A stretch of DNA of 64,000 bases. It comes from an uncultured Candidatus Saccharibacteria bacterium. GTDB lineage: Bacteria > Patescibacteriota > Minisyncoccia > Phycocordibacterales > CAYSCM01. Both the position numbers and the translations under genes were made by a program. This document shows, piece by piece, positions 8,860 through 17,203 of this stretch (its first letter is position 1; every line of letters begins with the position of its first letter). The stretch is taken from the NCBI GenBank assembly GCA_964429815.1, contig CAYSCM010000001.1, positions 224,001 to 288,000 on the forward strand. The letters are read 5' to 3'. Below the pieces are notes generated by a model. That model was given only the letters and a program-made list of their open reading frames with translations. It was not told the DNA's origin and made no database searches.

Positions 8860-9462
8860 TTAGCGCGCTTTATACACCTCGTCGATGATGCCGTACTTGC
8901 GTGCCTCGTCTGCAGTCATCCAGTAGTCGCGCTCGGCGTCTTTCTCTACCTGTTCAGGGCTCTTCCCAGTGTTTTTCGCCAAAATCTTGTTGAGATTCTC
9001 CTTGGTGCGCAGAATGTGCTTGGCGGCGATAGCGATGTCGGTCGCCTGACCTTCGACGCCGCCCATCACTTGGTGGATCATGACCTCAGAGTTGGGAAGA
9101 GCGAAACGCTTGCCCTTGCTACCGGCGGAGAGGATGACCGCTGCCGCGGAGGCTGCTATACCGACGCACACAGTCGCGATGTCGGGCTTCACGTGGTTCA
9201 TCGTGTCGAGGATCGCTAGGCCCGCAGAGACTGAGCCGCCCGGAGAGTTTATATAGAAGGAAATGTCTTTCTTTGGGTCTTCGCTCTCTAGGAAAAGAAG
9301 TTGCGCGATGACGAGGTTTGCGGTGTGGTCATCAATAGGGCCGCCAAGGAAAATAATGCGGTCCTTGAGAAGGCGCGAGTATATGTCGAAGGCACGCTCA
9401 CCGAGGGGGGTCTTTTCGACCACCATCGGCACTAGCTGGCTGGAAAAAGAGGAGTTTTTCAT
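8860..9462 (-). CDS. clpP: ATP-dependent Clp protease proteolytic subunit
   Basis: 200 aa; ClpP fold with Ser (GIAASAAA), His (MIHQ), Asp (ERDYWM) triad context. Confidence 0.9.
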   Translation of the reverse strand: MKNSSFSSQLVPMVVEKTPLGERAFDIYSRLLKDRIIFLGGPIDDHTANLVIAQLLFLESEDPKKDISFYINSPGGSVSAGLAILDTMNHVKPDIATVCVGIAASAAAVILSAGSKGKRFALPNSEVMIHQVMGGVEGQATDIAIAAKHILRTKENLNKILAKNTGKSPEQVEKDAERDYWMTADEARKYGIIDEVYKAR

Positions 9463-9557
9463 GGGGAGAGTCTAGCAGATTAAGGCCTATAAACAAGGAC
9501 TATTGGCAAAGCGGTCTCTACTTTTTAAGAGGCCGTTCTTCCTGCTAGACTTAAGGC

Positions 9558-9875
9558 ATGGCAAAGATGGAACAAGGGCCAAACGGAGGCGGGCTTAAGG
9601 GAAGCGAGCTCATGAAAGCTCATCCCGAGGTGTTTAATTATTTAAAAGAGAAAGTAGAACCGCAGCTAGCGGAACTCTTTGGGCCAGAAATAGAGGCCAA
9701 GCGTTACTCAGCTGAGGAGCTTTCCTCGCGCGTCGCCAACTTTATTGCGCTACGTGCTGAACAGCACAAACCGATAAAGACCAGGGAAGATGTCGATGAG
9801 TTAGCAGAGCAAGCATCATTTCAACAAATGCTTATCGATGCCGCCGCACGGCGTGATCAAAGTCTTCGCGAATAG
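9558..9875 (+). CDS. hypothetical protein (105 aa)
   Basis: ORF with codon-like composition; alternative start at 9567. Confidence 0.4.
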   Translation: MAKMEQGPNGGGLKGSELMKAHPEVFNYLKEKVEPQLAELFGPEIEAKRYSAEELSSRVANFIALRAEQHKPIKTREDVDELAEQASFQQMLIDAAARRDQSLRE

Positions 9876-9917
9876 TGTAGAAATGGAAAAGGCCTCGGAC
9901 GAATCCGAGGCCTTTTA

Positions 9918-10121
9918 CTAGTGAATCGATAAGGTTTCTGGCGCGGGCTTCAAAGACCAGCGCTTGATGAACGTGAGCAATTTCACCCGTTCGCACGGGG
10001 AGTAGCCCGCGAAGAAAAGTTGCTGCTCCGGCGTGAGCGGAAAGTCTTCTTGGAGAGCCGCAAACTCCGCCAGACATTTAGTATCGGACTTGCCGAAACC
10101 GCTTCCTTTTTTAAAATCCAT
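9918..10121 (-). CDS. hypothetical small protein (67 aa)
   Basis: Strong RBS GAGGAGG 4 nt from the ATG. Confidence 0.45.
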   Translation of the reverse strand: MDFKKGSGFGKSDTKCLAEFAALQEDFPLTPEQQLFFAGYSPCERVKLLTFIKRWSLKPAPETLSIH

Positions 10122-10285
10122 CTAGTCCTCCTCAGAACCTAAAGGTACTTTGTGCGTTTTCGAAAACCTTACAACGAATATACGGTTTTGCAAGTGCATT
10201 GTGCAAAATGTCCGTTCAACCCTACAATACCTTTATGGAAAAAATGCCTCTCCCGCAGGAAGGATCGAAAAAAGGAGAAGAGAAA

Positions 10286-10483
10286 ATGACCCGCCGTGGA
10301 TTTCTTAGCGGACTTGGAAAGTATGTTGCCGGAGCTGCGGCCATAGCTGGTGCCTCAGCCATTGCAGGGCCTATTTACAAGCCTACACAAGAGAAAAAGC
10401 TCCCGGATTTTGGCAAAGTTGACCTGGATATTAAAGAGAAAAAGCCAACTCCTCCCCAGGCGGAGGTGAAAGAAGAAAAATAG
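10286..10483 (+). CDS. small protein with twin-arginine (Tat-like) signal peptide
   Basis: MTRRGFLSGLGKYVAGAAAIAGASAIAG followed by a K/E-rich tail; RBS AAGGAG 8 nt upstream; the ORF-track start at 10199 is probably too early. Confidence 0.45.
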   Translation: MTRRGFLSGLGKYVAGAAAIAGASAIAGPIYKPTQEKKLPDFGKVDLDIKEKKPTPPQAEVKEEK

Positions 10484-10485
10484 TC

Positions 10486-11238
10486 ATGCTAAAGGAACTC
10501 CAGGACTTTGGACTCTCTGAAAAAGAAGCAAAAGTGTATCTCGCCTCACTTGAGGTTGGACGGGCAACCGCAGATCAGCTCGCGAAGCAAGCTAAAGTGA
10601 ATCGCTCGACCACGTACGTACAAATGGAGTCTCTTATGAAAAAGGGACTCATGAGTACCTACGTAAAGGGCAAGAAAACCTATTTTGCCCCCGAGTCGCC
10701 GGAGTATCTCGAGCAAATTCTTCAACGGAAAAGAAGTAATCTAGAATCAACGGCACTGGAGCTCAAAAAGAAACTCCCTGATCTGGTGCGTCTCTATGAC
10801 AGTGCCGGCGAGAGGCCATTTGTGCGTTTTTTTGACGGGAAAGATGGCATAACCGCCATGCGCGAGGAAACACTCCAGCTTCCGAGGGGAGAAACTTTTT
10901 ATGTAATGTATTCTTACGACGCACTGAGATCCCTTTATTCATCAGAAGAAATTCAGGATTTTTCAGAGCGACGTGAAAAGAAGGGTCTAAAAATTAAACT
11001 TCTTTACACTCGCAAAGATGGAAAATTTGATCCAAAAAACATCGCAGTCGACACGGAAAGACGTTTTTTCTCTCATGAGAAATTGGGACTCGATACCGAT
11101 TTTTTTATTTATGGAGATAAAGTTGCTCTTATGGCTCTAAAAGGGAAGGTGTTTGGTATTGTCATTGAAAGCGCAGTTATTGCGGACAGCTTCCGTACTA
11201 TATTTGAGCGACTCTGGGAAGGAGCTGAGGAAGAATAA
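10486..11238 (+). CDS. TrmB-family transcriptional regulator
   Basis: 250 aa; N-terminal wHTH LSEKEAKVYLASLEVGRATADQLAKQAKVNRSTTY, characteristic of TrmB. Confidence 0.8.
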   Translation: MLKELQDFGLSEKEAKVYLASLEVGRATADQLAKQAKVNRSTTYVQMESLMKKGLMSTYVKGKKTYFAPESPEYLEQILQRKRSNLESTALELKKKLPDLVRLYDSAGERPFVRFFDGKDGITAMREETLQLPRGETFYVMYSYDALRSLYSSEEIQDFSERREKKGLKIKLLYTRKDGKFDPKNIAVDTERRFFSHEKLGLDTDFFIYGDKVALMALKGKVFGIVIESAVIADSFRTIFERLWEGAEEE

Positions 11239-11278
11239 AAAAATAAAAGGCCGTGGAACGCAGAAGCATTCCACGGCC
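11236..11278 (-). terminator. rho-independent terminator oriented for the minus strand (hairpin GGCCGTGGAACGCAGAAGCATTCCACGGCC; T-run on minus strand)
   Basis: 10-bp stem; AAAAATAAAA run on the plus strand gives a T-run for a minus-strand transcript. Confidence 0.5.
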
Positions 11279-11650
11279 GGACGTTGAGCACGAACAGATG
11301 TTGGAGGCGACTAGGCTGCCCCCACAGGTCTACCGCCAGTTTACCAGCCGGACGGATCGCCTGGATCCAGTCTCATTTTGTCTGCCGCCACCTTTGGGCG
11401 GCAAAGAACTTTTTTGCCGCTTTCGCATGGCGGCCCTTCCATCAAACCCGGGTTTGGAACTGGGCTTTCCCGGCAGTACCCAGGTCGGTCAGGCGCACGC
11501 CTTAACCGATCCGCAGAAAGTCTAGCATATCGAACAAAATTTGTAAAGGTTCTGCAAAATAAGGTCAGTTAAAATTGACATTACTATTTTAAAAAATGGC
11601 TTTAAATATAGAGATTTTTATTACTTCATGATATAATTTGTCAAAAGCAC

Positions 11651-11679
11651 TTGACAAAAATATAGGCGGCGCTATAATG
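11651..11679 (+). promoter_or_regulatory. near-consensus sigma70 promoter TTGACA-16-TATAAT, overlapped by a 9-bp inverted repeat ATTTGTCAA-N6-TTGACAAAT
   Basis: Exact hexamers; lies in an AT-rich patch (11560-11680) between GC-rich segments. Confidence 0.6.
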
Positions 11680-11686
11680 CCGTTGT

Positions 11687-12840
11687 CAGTGTGAGCTAAC
11701 AGGTTGGTAACCTGCATAAGCATCTTGTTTGTCCATCCTCTGGACCCCGCAGCCATTCGCTTTGTGCAGCTGTATCGTGGGCCGCTGGACGCGGCTTTTC
11801 TTGATGCTCGGTTTCGACCTTAGCTCACCCTGTTCGTTTCACAATAACCCTGCTCGCTGCTTTCGCAGCCAGCAGTGCCCTCGGAAGAAATTCTGTGTGC
11901 ACTGTTGGCTGTGGAGAGCCAGTAGCCCCGCAAGGGGGTATAGGTGACGAAGGCGTCCTCTTCGTTGCCGGCTACTTTCGTAGCCAAGTCTCCACGTGTA
12001 TGGAAACGGTGCCCTCGGAAGGGGGACTTCACATCGTTCCTACACGGCCGAGCCCTTGCAAGGGGCAGAGTCGTTAGAAATCGATAGCGGCTTGCAACCG
12101 CGATGCGATGGAAAGTCAGGAGGCGAAGTGTACAGATCGCAAGTCTGTGCATGGATCTCCTCACGCCTGGCAAAGGACAGTGGGATCATGAAAAGATCTT
12201 GCTGATGCCAATAGTGAGGGAATCGGATGAGCGTCGGGCCATGCCCCAATCCCTGCGCCGGTGGGACGGCGCAGGTGGAAAAGGGGAGCGGTTACGCACC
12301 GCATGGAGGAAGCCCTGGCCGGGGTGGATTCCAAGAAGCTCATTCGAGGATAAAAGGCACAGCATATGCCTTCGACCCAAGGGGCGACCCAAGGGATATG
12401 CGGTCAGAACCGGCAGCTGTCAGCAACAGCGGTCCATCTGGGCAGTACATGCGCCCAGCGATGTCGGTCGGGAACATTGGCCTTATGTTCCGTCTCCCAC
12501 ATTTTCGCTTGTTCCTTCAGGTTTGTGCCAAGGGTGTCCACGGCAAAGTTGGCGGCTCTCCAGCCGCCAACGTGTCCGGCGGCATCCGGGCAACCCAGTG
12601 CACGGAGGTGCACGAAATGGATTGGTCTCGCTGAGGACCAGTGCACGTACCATCTTTTAGGGTACGGGTGCAGAGGAGTGTTGTCGCGATGCCCGCGGCC
12701 GCGCTCCTCATCAGTTGCTTCGCGAGATGTGTGTCTCGCCTGATGAGCTTGAAAGAGCGAAAAGCACAGTTCTCTATACATGCAAATTGAGTCGTTTGAA
12801 GAGGATGCTGCCGCTTCTTCCTCAAACGACTCAATCGCCA
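11687..12840 (+). ncRNA. candidate large structured noncoding RNA (about 1.15 kb with no credible ORF); RNase P RNA-like motifs GGAAAGUC (~12100), GGUGGAAAAGGGGAGCGGUUACGCACC (~12290) and CAGAACCGGC (~12405) at E. coli-like spacing
   Basis: Only short, Arg/Trp-rich overlapping ORFs in all six frames; starts just downstream of a consensus promoter; motif resemblance was judged by eye, with no covariance search. Confidence 0.3.
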
Positions 12841-12856
12841 CGGAAGGAGGGACCCG

Positions 12857-13060
12857 ATGAGCGACATTTGCGTTGTCTCCGAGAACGGGCACGTTCTCGG
12901 CACCCACTCGTGGGTGGAGGGGTTCAAGCCCCTCAAGGTGTCCAGCCGCACAAGCGAGATAGATGTGCTCGCCCACGCGCTCTATCTGGAGCGCACGGTC
13001 TCTTCGGAGGCTGGCCTCGAGTACATCGAGGTGTGGGAGAAGCGCAAGCTTCTTCGCTAG
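12857..13060 (+). CDS. hypothetical small protein (67 aa)
   Basis: RBS AAGGAGG 7 nt upstream; protein-like composition. Confidence 0.4.
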   Translation: MSDICVVSENGHVLGTHSWVEGFKPLKVSSRTSEIDVLAHALYLERTVSSEAGLEYIEVWEKRKLLR

Positions 13061-13251
13061 CGGTTATGCCGGGAGAGGAGGGGGGATCCTCGCATACCGG
13101 CGGGGGTGAAACTTCACCTTGGCAACAGAAGATTTCTCGGACCACACCCCTACATAGTCAGAGAAATCAAGTTTTGGGCGATGATGAATCGCCCTCTCCA
13201 CTGCGCACATGAATCCTTCGTGTGCGAAGACGAGATCTTTGGGAGGAAACC

Positions 13252-13569
13252 ATGACCGAATCGAGCTCCGTGCAGAGCGCGCCCCGCACGTGCGTCTCCT
13301 GCGGGAGGCCGGGCGCCAAGTGGGATCTCAGTGTTGGCGGGAAACTGCCGGTGCCGGCCCACAAACCCTGCGCGGAGATAATCCGCGCGACCGCGCCGCA
13401 AGGTACGGTCGTGACGGTCAAACCGTCACCCGAACTCCGCGAGGAGTGGGCTCGTGAAAACGCCCGCAAGTTCTGGGAAGGCCAGAACAAACTCGGCGCG
13501 GCCTTACAAGCCGCAGGGGTCACGCTGCCGAAATCCGGAAACGGATCGCTCGGCGGGGGTGGGAGCTAA
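13252..13569 (+). CDS. hypothetical small protein (105 aa) with CxxC-x25-C
   Basis: RBS GGGAGGA; internal start of ORF 13222-13569. Confidence 0.35.
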   Translation: MTESSSVQSAPRTCVSCGRPGAKWDLSVGGKLPVPAHKPCAEIIRATAPQGTVVTVKPSPELREEWARENARKFWEGQNKLGAALQAAGVTLPKSGNGSLGGGGS

Positions 13570-13678
13570 TCCATCCTGGCAACAGAAACAAAAATCCGCG
13601 TGGCGAACGTTCCTCGCCATTTCTTTTGAGTTCGCGAATCCTCGTGGGCTCATCGAAATAGCTCTTTGGGAGATACAG

Positions 13679-13996
13679 ATGCGCTACGTTGCAAATGCTT
13701 TTTCACTCAACATGCTTGCCTCGCTTTCGGCAACAATCAACTCGGTCGCGATCGGCGCGCGTGAGGCCGCCGCGTGGGCCGAGGGTGCTCAGTCGATCGT
13801 GGGTCACCCCGATACGGCCGCAGTGATGAGTGCGACGCTCGGGACCCCCGTTCAGTTCAATCGCGAGAGTGTGCAGCTCAGGCCGGGCGACGAGCTTCTT
13901 GTGGGCCAATACCGTGGCCCTCGGCTCCCGGAAGGGGCAAAAGTCCTTCCGGAAGGCGCTCGCTTCGAGTGGGCGCACGTCAAAATCATCGCGTAA
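13679..13996 (+). CDS. hypothetical small protein (105 aa)
   Basis: Internal start of ORF 13454-13996 with GGGAGA RBS; upstream part is Arg-rich. Confidence 0.3.
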   Translation: MRYVANAFSLNMLASLSATINSVAIGAREAAAWAEGAQSIVGHPDTAAVMSATLGTPVQFNRESVQLRPGDELLVGQYRGPRLPEGAKVLPEGARFEWAHVKIIA

Positions 13997-14450
13997 GCGT
14001 ATTCACAAGGCGAGGTCCCAGAACGTGTCCGACTATATATCTCGGACACTACCTACGCTGTTCGTCTGGTAGCACCAGACGTTAGGGAAAATCCTCTCCC
14101 GTAAAACAATGAGGTCAGGCTGAGGGGGCCTGTGTGTTTGCTCCGCGGACCTCCCGAAAGGAGCGTCGCGTAAAGGAACACAAAACCCCGGGCGAGTGCA
14201 CGTGTTTACTCGCCCCTCTTATCAAATGCATCAATGGTGGTGCATTTGAATGGAGGTCCACACATGGACAAGTTCGTTGCGTTTGTGCTCGCGAGGCTCT
14301 GCGCGCCGCGCAGATCCGCCTCGAAGCGAAGCGCAACGTCGAGCAGCGTTTTGCGGCATAGCGACGCAACAGCTCTTTTAAGAAAGGAGGGTCGCCATGA
14401 ACAGGCGACTAAGTACAAGCTACGCGACCATCACTCACGGGGTGGTCGCT

Positions 14451-15530
14451 TTATTTTTGAGACTCGAGAAATTCGATCGCTTTTTGGTTGGTGAGTGCGT
14501 TCGCGACATAGGCACGAACACGGTTTTCGTCAGCGCCCTTGTGGTGCTCAAGGAGGTGCTTTGCTTCACCGGCGATTTCCTCGGGAGAGGGAAGAAGGTT
14601 CTCGCGTATAGCGATTTCGTGGAGTATGAGCTGGAGCCTAGCTCTCTTTTCAGCGTCGGGGCGCCACTCTTTTCTCAAATCATCCTCGCTCTTTTTTATA
14701 TGCGCAAGATAGTCATCGAACTTTCCGCCGAAGCGCTCAACATCGTCGCGAAACTGCAGGAGGAGCTTTCCGAGCTCGCTTTCAACGAGAAGCTCAGGGG
14801 TATCAAAGGAGCTTCCCGCAACGATGGCTTCCATAATGGCACTTCGACGCGATTCGATGGCCCGGCGGCGTTTGTCTTTCACGAGGTCCTCGCGCAGCAT
14901 CTTCTTGAACTCGTCGACGGAGGCGAAAGGACCGAGGGCTTTTACGAACTCATCGGTTATTTCGGGAAGGATTTCCTTGTCACCCTCCCTAGATGCTGAC
15001 GCATCGGGCGAACCTCCGTCTTCGGCGGAGGTTTTAGCCTTCGTCGCTTTGCTTTTGCGCAACTGCGTGAGGGCGTCGTCGAACTCTTTGTCAGTGACCT
15101 CGAACGTCTCCGGAACTTTTTCCTGTTTCATCGCGAGCTTTTTATAGTCAGGAAGAGCGATGTCCGGCTTAACGGTAACGACGATAGAAAAACCGACTGG
15201 ATTTCCCGGTGCAAGCTTGGTGATTGCGATGCGCGGCTCTCCGAGCGGTATGAGCTTGTGCTCCTCTATGAGTTTTGGATAGAGCTCAGAGAGCGCCTCC
15301 TTAGAGGCTTCTTCGAGGAGCGCCATCTCGTCGACCCGCTGGAGGACCATTTCTTTCGGGGCCCTGCCGGGACGAAAGCCGGGAAGTTTGGCCTCTTTCA
15401 CAAAGTGTTCGAGCGCATGCTCACGCAGCCGCGCTATGGTAGCGGTCGGAATTTCGCCGGTGATGATGACGATCGAGCCCTTTTCCTTCTTTACGGAAAT
15501 GTTTTCGTACATGAAATCCGAGTCTAGCAA
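14451..15530 (-). CDS. tig: trigger factor (ribosome-binding and chaperone domains; PPIase domain apparently absent)
   Basis: 359 aa; GFRPGRAPK ribosome-binding signature near the N-terminus. Confidence 0.85.
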   Translation of the reverse strand: MLDSDFMYENISVKKEKGSIVIITGEIPTATIARLREHALEHFVKEAKLPGFRPGRAPKEMVLQRVDEMALLEEASKEALSELYPKLIEEHKLIPLGEPRIAITKLAPGNPVGFSIVVTVKPDIALPDYKKLAMKQEKVPETFEVTDKEFDDALTQLRKSKATKAKTSAEDGGSPDASASREGDKEILPEITDEFVKALGPFASVDEFKKMLREDLVKDKRRRAIESRRSAIMEAIVAGSSFDTPELLVESELGKLLLQFRDDVERFGGKFDDYLAHIKKSEDDLRKEWRPDAEKRARLQLILHEIAIRENLLPSPEEIAGEAKHLLEHHKGADENRVRAYVANALTNQKAIEFLESQK

Positions 15531-15587
15531 AGGAGGGCGGACAATACAAAATCCGCCCGAGGGCGGATTTTGTGTCAGGGAGCGTCG

Positions 15588-15953
15588 TTAGAGGGAGTTG
15601 ATGGACGTATCCATCGTCGAAGCGCCCGAATCGAGCGTCGCCAGGTCGGTAGCGTTGAGGTCCGCTTCTATCATCGAGAGATTGTCGGAAGAGCTCAGGC
15701 TAAGGAGCGAATCGGTCGCCGTATCGCCGGTACTCTGCGGCTGCGTTTGCTGCTGCGGCTGCGTCTGCCCGCTCTGCTGCGGCTGTGCGCTTTGCTGCTT
15801 GGAGAGCTTCTCTCCCCAGAAGTAGAGGGCACCGACGATAAGAAGGAGCACGATGATGAAGATGCCGAACATGGGCCCCCACCCGCCGCGCCTCTGCGGT
15901 GCGACTGGAGGGAAGGAGTTCATGTTCATGGGATTTGGTGTCTGTGGGGGCAT
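15588..15953 (-). CDS. small membrane protein with Q/P-rich low-complexity tail
   Basis: 121 aa; single TM (FGIFIIVLLLIVGALYFW) then QQSGQTQPQQQ. Confidence 0.5.
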   Translation of the reverse strand: MPPQTPNPMNMNSFPPVAPQRRGGWGPMFGIFIIVLLLIVGALYFWGEKLSKQQSAQPQQSGQTQPQQQTQPQSTGDTATDSLLSLSSSDNLSMIEADLNATDLATLDSGASTMDTSINSL

Positions 15954-15962
15954 GGGATTTAG

Positions 15963-16613
15963 TTAGTCATTTTGTTTGGTCGAACTTGCCGTTGAGGTCG
16001 CGTGGCCGGGGTTATTGCTCGAGCCAGTCGCTGCGCGGGTGGCTTTCAGCGCATCAACGAGCGCTTTGTGCGCCTCACGGATTGCTTTCACGGTCGGGGC
16101 GATGAGGTCGCGCGCCTTTTTCATGTTCTCGCGCGTCGTTGAAGCATTGAAGGCATTCGCAAAGGCATTGTTGAGGTTGTTCCAGGAGTTTTGGGCCGTG
16201 ACAATGGCGTTGGTCGCGATAGTGAGCTTTGCCTCGGCGTTGCTAGTATCAACACCAGTGGCCTTTATCTTTTGGATGCGCGAGGAAATGCGGTCGGCTA
16301 TTTTCGTGAGCCGATTGATAGCGGCCTGAAGACGAGTAACCACCCGACGAGCAACCTCGAGAATGTGCTGAAGGGCCCGAGCGCGGATGTCCGCGCGGAC
16401 CTGCTCGCGTGTTTGCGTCGAGGTCGCGGAGGCGCTATTGCTCGAAGTACCCTGTGCGAGGGCTGGAGTGGACGATGCGAGGAGCGCGGCGGCAAACGCG
16501 GTCGCTGCGGCGATCCTCATGAGCTTGTGCTTTGAAGAGAGTGACATAGACGTGATTAACGATAAGTACCCTCTAGTATACTCCGCTTCTTTTTGCTGCC
16601 AAGATTTTCCCAT
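15963..16613 (-). CDS. secreted coiled-coil protein (hypothetical)
   Basis: 216 aa; signal peptide MRIAAATAFAAALLASSTPALAQG (probable internal start); S/T/N/A-rich. Confidence 0.5.
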   Translation of the reverse strand: MGKSWQQKEAEYTRGYLSLITSMSLSSKHKLMRIAAATAFAAALLASSTPALAQGTSSNSASATSTQTREQVRADIRARALQHILEVARRVVTRLQAAINRLTKIADRISSRIQKIKATGVDTSNAEAKLTIATNAIVTAQNSWNNLNNAFANAFNASTTRENMKKARDLIAPTVKAIREAHKALVDALKATRAATGSSNNPGHATSTASSTKQND

Positions 16614-16623
16614 GGGAAAGGGA

Positions 16624-16656
16624 AACCCCGGCCGCGTCCCGCGCGGCCGGGGTTTC
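16624..16656 (-). terminator. bidirectional terminator hairpin (AAACCCCGGCCGCG...CGCGGCCGGGGTTT) downstream of ppa
   Basis: 13-bp GC stem. Confidence 0.55.
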
Positions 16657-16668
16657 TCAGAGCCTTAT

Positions 16669-17199
16669 CTATTTAGCAAACTTCTCTGTGTACAGTTTCC
16701 TAGCATGAGCGAAGGCCTTGTGTGCTTCCGAAACGCCGTCGAAACTGAGGACTTTTACTTCTACGGGCTTTCCTTTGAGCTGCTTGATGGTTTCAAAGAA
16801 AAGTTTTATCTCGCGGAGGGTGTGGGGGTTGAGATCTCCCACGTCCTTTACATTCTCAAAGCGACGATCTTCAGCTGGCACACCGATAATTTTGTCATCT
16901 GATTCACCCCCGTCGATCATTTTCATTATTCCTACGGGACGAATAGTGACCAAGACCCCTGGATGGAGCGGGAAAGTCGAAAAGAGAAGAACATCTACAG
17001 CATCCCCGTCGTCCCAGAGCGTTTGCGGGACGAAACCATAGTTCACGGGGTAGTGAGTGGGGCCATAGTTTACTCGGTCGAGCTTGATAAGGCCGGTGTC
17101 CTTATCCAGTTCATACTTATTTGAAGACCCTTGTGGGATCTCGACGATAACATTCATCTCCTCCGCACTACCCGCGTCGACATCATGCCAAAGATTCAT
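16669..17199 (-). CDS. ppa: inorganic pyrophosphatase
   Basis: 176 aa; family I PPase motifs (DGDAVDVL, NYGFVPQT). Confidence 0.9.
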   Translation of the reverse strand: MNLWHDVDAGSAEEMNVIVEIPQGSSNKYELDKDTGLIKLDRVNYGPTHYPVNYGFVPQTLWDDGDAVDVLLFSTFPLHPGVLVTIRPVGIMKMIDGGESDDKIIGVPAEDRRFENVKDVGDLNPHTLREIKLFFETIKQLKGKPVEVKVLSFDGVSEAHKAFAHARKLYTEKFAK

Positions 17200-17203
17200 G
17201 GAA

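Noticed and set aside
11253-12743. Numerous 60-190-aa ORFs in all six frames (for example 12103-12660, 12404-12976)
   Set aside because: They overlap each other heavily, are Arg/Trp/Pro-rich and lack RBSs. The region is interpreted as non-coding (candidate ncRNA or decayed DNA).
14397-14999. 200-aa plus-strand ORF with strong AAGGAGG RBS
   Set aside because: It is entirely antisense to trigger factor (14451-15530), which has clear family motifs. It is Leu/Phe-rich as expected from antisense of a K/E-rich gene, so it is treated as spurious.
15598-15825. Cys-rich ORF (CGCVCCCGCVCPLCCGCALCC)
   Set aside because: It is a low-complexity artefact antisense to the CAG/CTG-rich Q-tract of gene 15588-15953.
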